Shown one piece after another: positions 35,331 through 45,176 of a DNA stretch of 64,000 nt (positions within the stretch are counted from its first letter, which is position 1; the number at the start of each line of letters is the position of its first letter). This DNA comes from Candidatus Thorarchaeota archaeon. Its GTDB lineage: Archaea; Asgardarchaeota; Thorarchaeia; Thorarchaeales; Thorarchaeaceae. The notes below the pieces were generated by a model. It made no database searches. It was given only the letters and a program-made list of their open reading frames with translations, and was not told the origin of the DNA. The stretch is taken from contig CAVSBO010000004.1 of the NCBI GenBank assembly GCA_963726195.1, positions 32,001 to 96,000 of the forward strand. The letters are read 5' to 3'. The translations under genes were made by a program, and so were the position numbers.

Positions 35331-36098
35331 TCAGAATATCCTCCTCAGGGCCTCGATTCCTTTTTCTGTCATGCGCAAATCAGCTAACACGTCACTTAGA
35401 CGTTGAACTATGAAAGTGCGAAGCTCTGCATCTTTGGCAACAAGAGGATACAATGACTCAAAGAGTCTCTTTTCGAAGTAACGGGATTCAAACAATTCAT
35501 TAACCCACTTACCCGGACCATAGAAGAATTCTGCCAAGGTCCTCCCGCCCTCTTCATCCATGAAGGTTTCTGGAGGTTCTTCGATACTGACATATTTCCA
35601 GAATGATGGGCGAAGCAATTCAAGTAACCATGTGCTAGCCCGGTACAGACGTCTTACTGCTTCGCTTGCCAATCCATTACTAACAAAGATTTCCCACCTC
35701 TCCAGTATCAGAGGTGCGAGATACCCCCAGTTGTCTACAATGGGTTTCCAATTCACCAATGCCAATAGACCGTCTTCGGTTGTGAATGCCTGTACAAGAC
35801 CACGAATGGTCAATTTGTATTGTCGTTCTCCCTTCGTTTGCCTTTTGCCTCTAAGCTTTCGCGAGCTTACCATCTGCTTCTTTTCGAGTCTGGATAGAGT
35901 CACGTAGATCGTGTTCTGTCTCACACCTGAATTGTGGGCTATTCGATAGGCAATGTTGGGCCCGTTTACAAGGAGACATGTCAGGATACTGACTTCTTTC
36001 TTGGGTAACTCGTCGGTGAGGCCGTTAAGCTCCTGTCCCTTCTTGACAAGCCAATCTTCGATGGTCTTTCCTTTCTTTGGCATTTCGGCTCTCAGCAT
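35331..36098 (-). CDS. Winged-helix regulator, paralogue of 34086-34736
   Basis: ILTCLLVNG.NIAYRIAH....RQNTIYVTLSRLEKKQMV...TKGERQYKLT.RG; also shares W.YL.PLI...W..FV..G. Confidence 0.8.
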   Translation of the reverse strand: MLRAEMPKKGKTIEDWLVKKGQELNGLTDELPKKEVSILTCLLVNGPNIAYRIAHNSGVRQNTIYVTLSRLEKKQMVSSRKLRGKRQTKGERQYKLTIRGLVQAFTTEDGLLALVNWKPIVDNWGYLAPLILERWEIFVSNGLASEAVRRLYRASTWLLELLRPSFWKYVSIEEPPETFMDEEGGRTLAEFFYGPGKWVNELFESRYFEKRLFESLYPLVAKDAELRTFIVQRLSDVLADLRMTEKGIEALRRIF

Positions 36099-36119
36099 AT
36101 CGTATTATTAAATCAGTCA

Positions 36120-36130
36120 TAATGTGATAT
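36120..36130 (-). promoter_or_regulatory. ATATCACATTA box upstream of wHTH paralogue 2
   Basis: The + strand reads taatgtgatat, inside the AT-rich divergent spacer 36099-36170. Confidence 0.5.
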
Positions 36131-36170
36131 CAGATATATAGACTCTGCCACTACGCAGAAACGACCTACA

Positions 36171-36374
36171 ATGAAGGGAATAATCACCACAACCGTCAGG
36201 ACTCCAGAAGGCACGGACAAGCTGATTATGTGTGTCACCCAATCGAGGACCGAGAGCATCAGTGCTTTCATTCGTCGGGTTACCTTGAGGAGATTAGCTG
36301 CCTTGAGCTATAATCCTTGGAGTCTGAAGAAATCTCTGTGTGTTCCTGTTTCTGAAGAGGTGACTGCCCAATGA
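36171..36374 (+). CDS. Ribbon-helix-helix (CopG-like) DNA-binding protein
   Basis: IITTTVR strand, helix, then ESISAFIRRVTLRRLA; divergent from the wHTH gene. Confidence 0.55.
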   Translation: MKGIITTTVRTPEGTDKLIMCVTQSRTESISAFIRRVTLRRLAALSYNPWSLKKSLCVPVSEEVTAQ

Positions 36375-36601
36375 ACATGGACAAAACACTCCGCCAGCTC
36401 GTTTGCTGGGTACTAAGGAAGTTGCAAGAGCGGTTAACGCCGCCTGACTTTCAAGCTGTTCTAGAGGGAAGCAATTTGTCGGTGACTACTGCGTGTCAGA
36501 CCTGCTCCAGCGCTTGGTCGGCGGTCCTCAATGTCGAGTTTGCCCGTGAGTCTGTCCGGCTTCGACTGTATCAGCAGAAGCGGAAGAAGACCGGACACTG
36601 A
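36371..36601 (+). CDS. Small hypothetical protein
   Basis: ATGA overlap with the RHH gene; CxxC. Confidence 0.45.
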   Translation: MNMDKTLRQLVCWVLRKLQERLTPPDFQAVLEGSNLSVTTACQTCSSAWSAVLNVEFARESVRLRLYQQKRKKTGH

Positions 36602-37083
36602 GTAACAAGAGAGCGACATAAGGTCGCCCTTTCCTCTTCTTGAGCAAGTGCGGAATCCTCTGCCACTAGGAGCGAGGTAGTCCTTTGCCATCCTAGTCCT
36701 AGGCTCTAGGAATGAATCGATATCATTGGCGGATGTCGTCGCATGGATTAGTATGCCAACCTCAAAGATTCGGACCAGTTCGTCTTTCGTTGGCGAGTCC
36801 CACTGTCTCGTCATGGCAACCGGGAGCTCTCTCATTCCCTCCCGGACACTTCTCTGCGGGTAGATCGAAGGAATCCTGACAGAGATTGCGATTCAGTTTC
36901 CTCTTGACTCTCCTGAGAAGATGCCTCGTCAATCGCAACAGACTCTGATAGGCACATTTCGAGTGCGTCTGACTGAGATTCCTCGCCCAACAACATCTGG
37001 AAGATTACGCACTCTCATGACAGGTCCACGGAGCGCGTAAACAGAATAACTAAATACAGAACCAGAACTGGGAGCAGCCAACC

Positions 37084-38670
37084 ATGACACGGCTAGGAAT
37101 AACAGATACAGTCCTGCGTGACGCTCACCAGTCATTGCTCGCAACACGGATGAAGACAGAGGACATGATTCCCATCTGTGAAAAGCTGGACAAGGTAGGC
37201 TATCATTCGCTTGAGATGTTCGGCGGCGCTACCTTCGATACGATGATGCGTTTTCTCGAGGAGGACCCATGGGAGCGACTGGAGGTATTGCGGGATGCAC
37301 TGCCCCATACAAAACTCCAAGTCTTATTGCGCGGGCAGAATATCGTCGCCTACAGGAATTTTCCGGATGACGTACTCGAAGCATTCGTGGTCGAAGCAGT
37401 CAAAGCCGGACTGGACATTTTCAGGATTTTCGATGCTCTGAACGACGTTCGTAACATGGAGGCCGCGATGCGCTTCGTGAAGCGAGAAGGTGCTCACGTT
37501 CAGGCGGCGATATGCTACACACTAAGCCCGTATCACACAATAGAGAAGTTCGTCGAGGACGCAAAGACGCTCTATTCAATGGACGCTGACTCGATTTGCA
37601 TCAAAGACATGGCTGGACTGATTTCTCCACAGGCTGCATTTGAGCTCATTACAAGACTGAAGGAAGAGGTTGACATCCCGATTCAACTCCACACTCACTA
37701 CACGAGCGGGATGGCCTCCATGGCATACCTGAGAGCCGCGGATGCAGGTGTTGATGTTGTCGACTGCGCGATCTCTTCCCTGTCGATGGCAACATCGCAA
37801 CCAGCCACGGAGTCCATAGTTGAGGCGATGAAAGGAACGCCGAGAGACACGGGGCTCGATGTTTCGTTGCTCGCTGAGATTGCAGACTACTTCAAGAAGA
37901 TTCGAGGCAAATACTCTAAGTTCGAGGGAGCCTTGCAGGGCGTTGACCCGCAGGTGTTAGTTTTTCAGATTCCCGGCGGAATGCTGTCCAATCTTGATAA
38001 CCAGTTGAGGGAACAAGGCGCCCTTGACAGGTATGATGAAGTCCTGAAGGAGGTACCGCGCGTCAGGGCAGAGCTTGGCTATCCCCCGCTTGTCACTCCC
38101 TCAAGCCAAATCGTCGGGGCACAGGCCACGATGAATGTTGTCACGGGAGAACGTTACAAGGTTGTCCTGAATGAAGTCAAGCAATATGTCAGAGGTTTCT
38201 ACGGCAGACCTCCTGCACCAATTGACCCCAAGATCAAGAAGCTTGTAATAGGCGATGAAAAGCCCCTCAGTGTGAGACCAGCCGACCTGCTTGAACCCGA
38301 GCTACCGAAGGCTCGTGAAGCCCTGAAAGATATACCACATGTCCCTAGGGACGAGGTTTCGTACGCATTGTTCCCACAGTACGCTCTTGAGTTCTTCAAG
38401 CGGAGAGCTGAGCGTCAATCCAAGGGCAAGACCAACATAGAGCAAGCCATTGCCGTGATTGCCGCTGTGCTTCATATGAGCAGCCATCAGACTGCCTTTG
38501 AGCAACCCGGTGCTGCGGGAGGCAATGCGTGGGCAGAGGCCGGTGTTGCAGAGCTCGTTGCAGGAAGGACTGACCAGAACGCCCCCGGTCGATGGGAACG
38601 AGGCTCCTCCGCTTGGGCATCGGCTGGAAGAAAGGATCTGATGAAAAGCCGCGAACAGGGCGAGATGTGA
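37084..38670 (+). CDS. pycB: Pyruvate/oxaloacetate carboxyltransferase (PycB/OadA/transcarboxylase 5S type) with a C-terminal extension
   Basis: [56 protein letters not shown]. Confidence 0.9.
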   Translation: MTRLGITDTVLRDAHQSLLATRMKTEDMIPICEKLDKVGYHSLEMFGGATFDTMMRFLEEDPWERLEVLRDALPHTKLQVLLRGQNIVAYRNFPDDVLEAFVVEAVKAGLDIFRIFDALNDVRNMEAAMRFVKREGAHVQAAICYTLSPYHTIEKFVEDAKTLYSMDADSICIKDMAGLISPQAAFELITRLKEEVDIPIQLHTHYTSGMASMAYLRAADAGVDVVDCAISSLSMATSQPATESIVEAMKGTPRDTGLDVSLLAEIADYFKKIRGKYSKFEGALQGVDPQVLVFQIPGGMLSNLDNQLREQGALDRYDEVLKEVPRVRAELGYPPLVTPSSQIVGAQATMNVVTGERYKVVLNEVKQYVRGFYGRPPAPIDPKIKKLVIGDEKPLSVRPADLLEPELPKAREALKDIPHVPRDEVSYALFPQYALEFFKRRAERQSKGKTNIEQAIAVIAAVLHMSSHQTAFEQPGAAGGNAWAEAGVAELVAGRTDQNAPGRWERGSSAWASAGRKDLMKSREQGEM

Positions 38671-39194
38671 TGAGCGAGGAATATGTCGCCAAGTCAGATG
38701 GTCGGGACTTCAAGGTCGAGGTGCGACCTTCGGGCGAAGAGGGTGCGTTGGTCGTGAAGGTTGGGGACGAGTCCTTCACCCTGAAGCCATCTCTCAAGAA
38801 GGATGGGACATGGTCAGTAGACAATGCCTCGCTTCACCACAGTGTAAAGGTTGTCAAGAGAACGGGCAAGAAGGTCCTGATGGAAGTCGACGGTGAGGCC
38901 CGAGAGATTGAGTGGGAGCATGTTAGGAGAGACGAGGCAGAGGAGAAGACAGGCACGCAAACCAAGAGCGGCAAGAGAGTAAGCGGCGGTATCTATCCTC
39001 CGATGCCAGGGAAGATTTCTGAAGTCAGGGTAAAAGTCGGAGACAAGGTTCAATCAGGTCAGACTGTGTGCATCCTTGAAGCAATGAAGATGTTCAATGA
39101 GTTGAAAGCCCCATCCAATGGTACCGTCAAAGAGGTCACTATCAAGCCGGGTTCACTTGTCGCTTTGGGAGACCTGCTTGTTCGCATAGAGTAG
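38670..39194 (+). CDS. Biotin carboxyl carrier protein with N-terminal BT-like domain
   Basis: PMPGKI, LEAMKMFNE biotinylation motif; start overlaps the pycB stop. Confidence 0.9.
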   Translation: MSEEYVAKSDGRDFKVEVRPSGEEGALVVKVGDESFTLKPSLKKDGTWSVDNASLHHSVKVVKRTGKKVLMEVDGEAREIEWEHVRRDEAEEKTGTQTKSGKRVSGGIYPPMPGKISEVRVKVGDKVQSGQTVCILEAMKMFNELKAPSNGTVKEVTIKPGSLVALGDLLVRIE

Positions 39195-39208
39195 GGGGAG
39201 GTCGAGCG

Positions 39209-40373
39209 TTGGAACAGGTCTATGTTACGGGCGTTGGCATGACGAAGTTCGGAACGCTGGACGAATCTATTACAGAGCTTGCCAAGTCTGCCGGGTTGGA
39301 GGCAATCCGGGATTCGAATGCACTGGACGCCAAGTTCGACTACGTTATCGTGGGAAGTCAGAACCCTGACGAGTTCACTGGAGTGGGCCACCTTTCAACG
39401 CTGATGGCGGACTCGTTGGGCCTGGTGCCGGCTGGAGCTGCAAGAGTGGAGACCGGCCCCTCCGCTGGTTCGAGCGCGTTTGAGGAAGCAGTGGCGCTTG
39501 TGAAGTCTGGGCTTGCCGAGCTTGTGTTGGTCATCGGCGTGGAGAAGATGTCAGGGATCGACCGAGGTGCAGCTTCCAAGATACTCGCCAAGATGATTTC
39601 TATTGAGAGTGAGGCTAGACTCGGTGGAACACCAGCCGCTCTTGCGGCCATTGTTGCCCGAAGGTATATGCATGACTATGGACTGTGTCGTGATGATCTG
39701 TCTCTCATCCCTGTCAAGGCGCACAAGAATGGAGCGAAGAACCCACTTGCACACTTCAGGGAAGAAATCACTCTTGAGAAAGTCAAGACAGCGAAGTTAG
39801 TTGCTGATCCGCTGACGCTTTACGATTGTTCTCCTACCTCCGATGGTGCGGCGTCAGTTGTTGTTGCGTCGGCCAAAGCTGCCAAGACGCTTGCCCGGGT
39901 CGACGATTCGGTGAAGGTTCTTGCAGTGGGCCATGCTACAGACTACCATGCGGTTCAACATCGGCTGTCTCTCACTTCTCTAGGTGCAACCGTCATCTGC
40001 TGCCAAACACGCATTCAAGATGGCCAAGCTCAAACCCGAGGACATTGACTTATGCGAACTGCATGATGCTTTCTCGATACTGGAAATCATCGACATGGAG
40101 GATGTCGGGCTGGCGAGACCGGGTCATGCCATAGATATAGTGAAGAATGGGGAGACGAACATCGACGGCCGCGTACCTATCAATACTACCGGGGGCCTGA
40201 AAGCAAGGGGGCACCCAACCGGTGCAACGGGCGTCGCGCAGATAAGAGACGTAGTCCTCCAGATTCGAGGAAAAGCACCAGCAGGGCTCCAAGTCAAGAG
40301 TCCTCAGTTTGCATTAACGCAAAATATCGGAGGATTTGGCAACAACGTCGTCGTTTGCATCTTTGGAAGGTGA
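39209..40373 (+). CDS. Thiolase-family protein (archaeal/SCP2 type), frameshift near 39995
   Basis: GVGMTKFG, GVEKMS, DCSPTSDGAA, ELHDAF, GGLKARGHPTGATG, NIGG. Confidence 0.9.
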
Positions 40374-40579
40374 CGATGCGCCGCTGAATTTACACGACGG
40401 ATTCTCACGTATACCAAAAAGAATCACACATCTGTCGAAGAATCTCTTATTAATGAGACAAGGAAATACCTCTCCTGAGACTATTCATGCTACCAGTGCG
40501 CCGAAGATGAGGAACAGGTTCTGGTTCCGATCGTACACTGTGAAGGGCAGCCGAACCGAGAATCAAGGATATGGGACCA

Positions 40580-40979
40580 ATGGGCATATTCGATACATGG
40601 AGAAGAAAGAAACCTGAGCAGCCAGGTGGAACGGCACCCACTACTTCACGAGACATTATGCGCGCGGGACTTGCCAAGCCGTCTGCTGAATCCCAACCAG
40701 CTGCGGCTGAAGCGTCACGACCGGCTGTCCGCTCGCCCGCATCTCAATCAGAGATGAACAGCCTCCTCAGCTGATTACGAGCGTCTCTTTCAAAGACGCG
40801 AGGAACTTCGGGTCCAGGGAAATGAGCTGATGGGTCGTCTCGACAGAGGAGAAATCACAGCTCAAGAGTGGCGTAAGAGCCTGATGTCCAGAACTCAGGA
40901 AGCGGCGCAACTAGCTGAGAAGCTGCGGATTGCCAGGTCACGTCTGAAGTTTCTGGGATACACGGGTCTGCTCGGATGA
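40580..40979 (+). CDS. Small coiled-coil protein, frameshift near 40770
   Basis: MGIFDTWRRKK, a Pro/Ala linker, then DYERLFQRREELR...LDRGEITAQEWRK...LKFLGYTGLLG* in the shifted frame. Confidence 0.6.
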
Positions 40980-41075
40980 TTCGTTGGGACCCGGTTTTCC
41001 CGACTTTCTGCCATTGCGGATGTCGCACAATGAAATGGCAACTCTTTTGACCAGCGAAAAGCAGCCAAGGCTCGG

Positions 41076-41429
41076 TTGTTTGGATTGGCAATACAGGTCT
41101 CCAGATGCAATAGATGCAATCGCGTAGTAGTTCCGCCGAGAGACATCTGCCCATATTGCGGTCCGGGAGCCGGTGGGACAGCTCGCATCGCCGTGAAGGG
41201 AGAAGGGAGGGTGGCGAGCTTCACGGTCTCTTACATGCCTCCTGAGGGTTTCAAATCGCCGCTTCTGTTGGTGCTTGTCGAATTGGACCAAGGTGGGACG
41301 GTCTTATGTCTTGGCGATACAGAAGACACGGCTCATGTTCGCATAGGCGGAGCGGCAAGTGTGTATGTTGACGATGAGGGGAGGTATAGATACACACCGG
41401 CGGCTTCAGAGGGGCACAGACCCGAATAG
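41076..41429 (+). CDS. DUF35 zinc-ribbon/OB-fold protein (thiolase partner)
   Basis: CNRC...PPRDICPYCG, GEGRVASFT, PPEGF..P, LVELD. Confidence 0.85.
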   Translation: MFGLAIQVSRCNRCNRVVVPPRDICPYCGPGAGGTARIAVKGEGRVASFTVSYMPPEGFKSPLLLVLVELDQGGTVLCLGDTEDTAHVRIGGAASVYVDDEGRYRYTPAASEGHRPE

Positions 41430-41570
41430 ATCGTCAGCCTTTCATGGTCAGCCAGCCTTGCCTTGTTTTTCCAACAGTACTGCATAATCATTGATAGACG
41501 GTCTCGTTGCCTGCTTACCCAGCTATTGATTTAAGGCGCTACTGCAACGCCCGGACCGGGTCAGCTTATC

Positions 41571-42735
41571 ATGGACTATCTCAGCAGGACTTTCTGGACG
41601 GACGACGAAATCAAGTTCCGTGAAGAAGTGCGGGCTTTCTGCGACAAGGAAATCACGCCCATCGCAGACAAGCTTGACAAGGGTCCGTATCCAAGGGAAC
41701 TGATTCGGAAGATCGGCAAAGCCGGCTACATGGGCGTACATCATGAGAAAGCCGCGGGTGGGTCTGCCAGAGGTCTCTCCTACGAGATTATAGTGGCAGA
41801 GGAGATTAGCAGATGCAATGGCGGCCTTGACATGGCGAGGATGGCGTCTGCTACTCTATACGGTATGCCGGTTAGCAAGTTCGGGACTCCAGAACAGAAA
41901 GAAGAAGTACCTCACACCCATTATCCGAGGCGACAAGGTTGGCTGCATTGGCATCACAGAACCGGACGTGGGCTCCGATACGGCCGGCATGAAGACGCAT
42001 GCTGTGAAGGACGGTGATGATTGGTTCATTTCTGGGGAGAAGAGATTCATCACGAATGGCAGCCAGGCAGATTACATGTGCTGTTTCGCAATAACTGACC
42101 CAAATGTGGATCCCAAGAATGGCATGACCGCTTTCATAGTTGACACCAAGACCAGCGGTTTCAGTGTGCTAAAGGATCACGACCTTCTTGGAATGAAATC
42201 ATCAAGAGTATCATGGCTTAAGTTCGACAGCGTTCGTGTCCCGCCTGACATGGTGCTTGGCGCGCCGGGACAAGGTTTCAAGATACTGATGGATGAACTG
42301 GACAGCGAACGCACCGCCATTGCAGGTGAGGCAATAGGCTATGCACGAATTCCGTATGAGACCGCAGTCAAATACGCTAACGAACGACAGCAGTTCGGAA
42401 AGCGAATCAGGGAGTTCGAAGGAGTCAGTTTCAAGATTGCTGACATGGCAATGAAACTTGAGGCTGGCAGGGCATTGACACTGAACGCTGCCCGAATGCT
42501 TGACAAAGGGATGAAAGCCACGAAACAGGCTTCCATTGCGAAACTGTACACAACTGAGGCTGCTGTCCAAATCACAAACGATGCTCTGCAGATTCTCGGT
42601 GGTTTGGGGTACACAACGGACTATCCTGTAGAACGCTTTCTCAGGGATGCAAGATTGATGACCATTGGCGGCGGTACAGCAGAAATCCTTCGGTTCCTCA
42701 TTCAACGAGAAGTGTTCAAGGAGTTCGAGCTATAG
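41571..42735 (+). CDS. Acyl-CoA dehydrogenase, frameshift near 41900
   Basis: ITEPDVGSD, GEKRFITNG, RQQFGKRI, QILGGLGY, IGGGTAEI. Confidence 0.92.
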
Positions 42736-42744
42736 CGCGTCACG

Positions 42745-42775
42745 AGGAGGAAGGGGCAGCTACCCCTTCGTTCCT
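42745..42775. terminator. Hairpin between convergent genes
   Basis: gaagggg-cagcta-ccccttc with a flanking agga/tcct extension. Confidence 0.4.
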
Positions 42776-44598
42776 AGTTCTTGACAATGGCGATTATCTG
42801 GTACTGTCCCTGCACCACATGGATGGTAGCAGTGAAGCTGTCACTGACGTTTAGGTTCAGCAGAGTGTACCAGTCAGTGAGGTTCATCCAAGCCCGAGCG
42901 CCCTCGATGTACGGGATAGGTCGATTGCTGGTGCCCAGAACAATGTGCGTATTGCCATCTTGGACATACTGGGTCTTGTTCATGACAGTGGCTGTCATAT
43001 TGAACGTGCCCTTCGGCCCCTCAACTGTTCCTCCGAGTCTGGTTATGTAACCTTCTCTCGCTGCTTGAACAAGCGTCGGCCCTGAAAGCGTGCCGCCTAA
43101 CTCCTGAATGTAGAATTTGTCAACGTTGGCCGCGTCTACGAGTGCAAGAGCGTGCAGTCTCATGTCAGAAACCTGGAATGTCGAATCCGAATAGATGCCG
43201 TCCTCCCAGTAGAGCGGACAATACCATGTCCACTTAGTTTCCGTGGGACTAATCTGGACCGGATACAGTAAAGGCATGGCGCCGTAGTAGCTGCCTGTGG
43301 CTGGAGGAGGCAGCTGACTCAACACGTTCGCCTTCGCCGCTTCTCCACTAATGAATCCAAGTGAACTCATATCATAATACCACACGCCGTCATGGGTTGC
43401 CCTGAAGACACCGGCCAGCGCACTTGAACTTGTTATTGGATGAACACATATGAATGCCTCGACGGTCTGTGTTCTCAGGGTTGAGAATGTACCGGGTGTC
43501 TTCGGACATCTCCAGTCGGTCGTTGGAAGGGGCAATGAACCAGAGGAATCCTCCAGCGAAGAGATCGAAACCACTTCCTCTTCGATAGCTGCCCCATCTT
43601 GTCACCTGCCGTTCGAGCCATTCTTCGGAGTACGCCTGAGTAATCCACTTGGGCGTTTCAGCAATCGAAGGGTAGCTGACCACAGTGCCGTTTTCGCAAT
43701 ATACAATGGGACCTATGGCACGTTCGACAAAATCGAAACCCAGTGGCGTTCGGGTCTGGACGTATACCATGTGCCCGAGTGGGTCCCAAGTTGGATATGC
43801 GTACTCATAGCTCGAGGACATATCGTTCAGGTAGTTGCCAAACTGAATGTTGCGATCCCAGAACAACCCTTCTCCGACGGGGATTGAGGTCTGGTTGATA
43901 AGAATAGGGCTCACCGTTTGCGGGTCATTCGCATCCACAACGATGAATCCCTTGAGGAAATTCGCCGCGATTACATTCGATGACACTATCGTACAGACCC
44001 ACACAAGACGCCCCAGACGGGTGGTGATGTGTGCGGACGCCACTACGACATTCGAGCCGAACGGGGATAAGTGCTGACCGGCAACATATGTAGCATATTC
44101 CTCAGTGACCAACCTTACTTTGTCATCTGGTATCGGTGAAGAAAACAGGGACCCGTTTGCCACCGTGATCATTGAGTTGAAAGAGTTTGCATTAGAAACA
44201 TCTGAAGTCCACCCTATTATGCCCGAGAACAATGGAATGATTAGAACAAGTAGTAGACCCACGCACAGTACTGGCATTCGGAATCCCGAATCTCCCGCTC
44301 CCCAAAGGCGCCTTGGACGAAGGCCGCTCGAGATAATCATGAGTATTCCGAAGCTGAGCAGTAGCGTCAGAGTTGCCCAAGGCAATATCTCGACGAGGGC
44401 TAGACATATCACAATCCAAGCAGCTGTTCCCCAGACAAGTCTGAATGGTAGCCACCTAATCAGCCGCTTCGGGCTCAGCATCTCCTTCGAGAAAGGAATG
44501 GGTATCGAATGCAGCAGGAGTGAAATCAGGAGGAAGAGTACAACATTCATTGATCTTTCACCGGGTCGGGTCGACTTGATACCTTGTCGGGGGCTCAT
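42774..44598 (-). CDS. Membrane-anchored hypothetical protein, frameshift near 43470
   Basis: About 4 N-terminal TM segments, then a large soluble domain continuing in the 42774-43574 ORF. Confidence 0.65.
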
Positions 44599-44657
44599 GG
44601 TTTATAGCGTTTTGCAGTCCCAGAGCCGCTAGCGCTGGCGGTCTATCTTGAGACCTG

Positions 44658-45176
44658 CTAGGGGCGCGCTTTCTTCACTTCTCGAAACCATGAAACTGCG
44701 CCGCCGGCTTGTAGTATGTCAATGACCATTGGCGACAACGGCTGCCCGCCAAGCTTCTCACCGCTTTCTTTGATCAAAACAGTGGATTTGAGCAGGTTGA
44801 TGTCCAGTGTCATGCCGTCTTTGACCGATTGTGCTACATTGGGTACTACTAGCACGGGGAGCCCAATATTGATTGCATTCCGGTAGAAGAGCCGGGCAAA
44901 CGATTGGGCCAAGACGCACCCCACACCCAGCTGGGCCAACACACGGGGTGCTTCTTCTCTGGATGATCCTCCTCCGAAGTTCTCTCCTGCCACGACCACG
45001 TCGTTCTTCTTCACATTCTTGGAGAACTCCGGTCTCGGTATCTCAAATGCATGCTTTGCCATTTCGGAGTAATCTAGCAAAGTTAGATACCGACCTTGGA
45101 TTATCTGATCCGTATCCACATTGTCACCAAAGAGCCAAGCTTTTCCACGAATAACCTTCAGGCCGATTGTCATCAC
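44658..45176 (-). CDS. leuD: 3-isopropylmalate dehydratase/homoaconitase small subunit
   Basis: GDNVDTDQII, ENFGGGSSREEA, SFARLFYRNAINIGLP. Confidence 0.9.
   Translation of the reverse strand: MMTIGLKVIRGKAWLFGDNVDTDQIIQGRYLTLLDYSEMAKHAFEIPRPEFSKNVKKNDVVVAGENFGGGSSREEAPRVLAQLGVGCVLAQSFARLFYRNAINIGLPVLVVPNVAQSVKDGMTLDINLLKSTVLIKESGEKLGGQPLSPMVIDILQAGGAVSWFREVKKARP

Larger units (their letters stand above)
30940..37270. mobile_element. Putative integrated element of 6,144 bp bounded by direct copies of the pycB 5' end
   Basis: Direct repeats at offset 6144. Cargo: PD-(D/E)XK nuclease, two wHTH paralogues, RHH protein, small ORFans, locally lower GC. No intact integrase seen. Confidence 0.6.
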
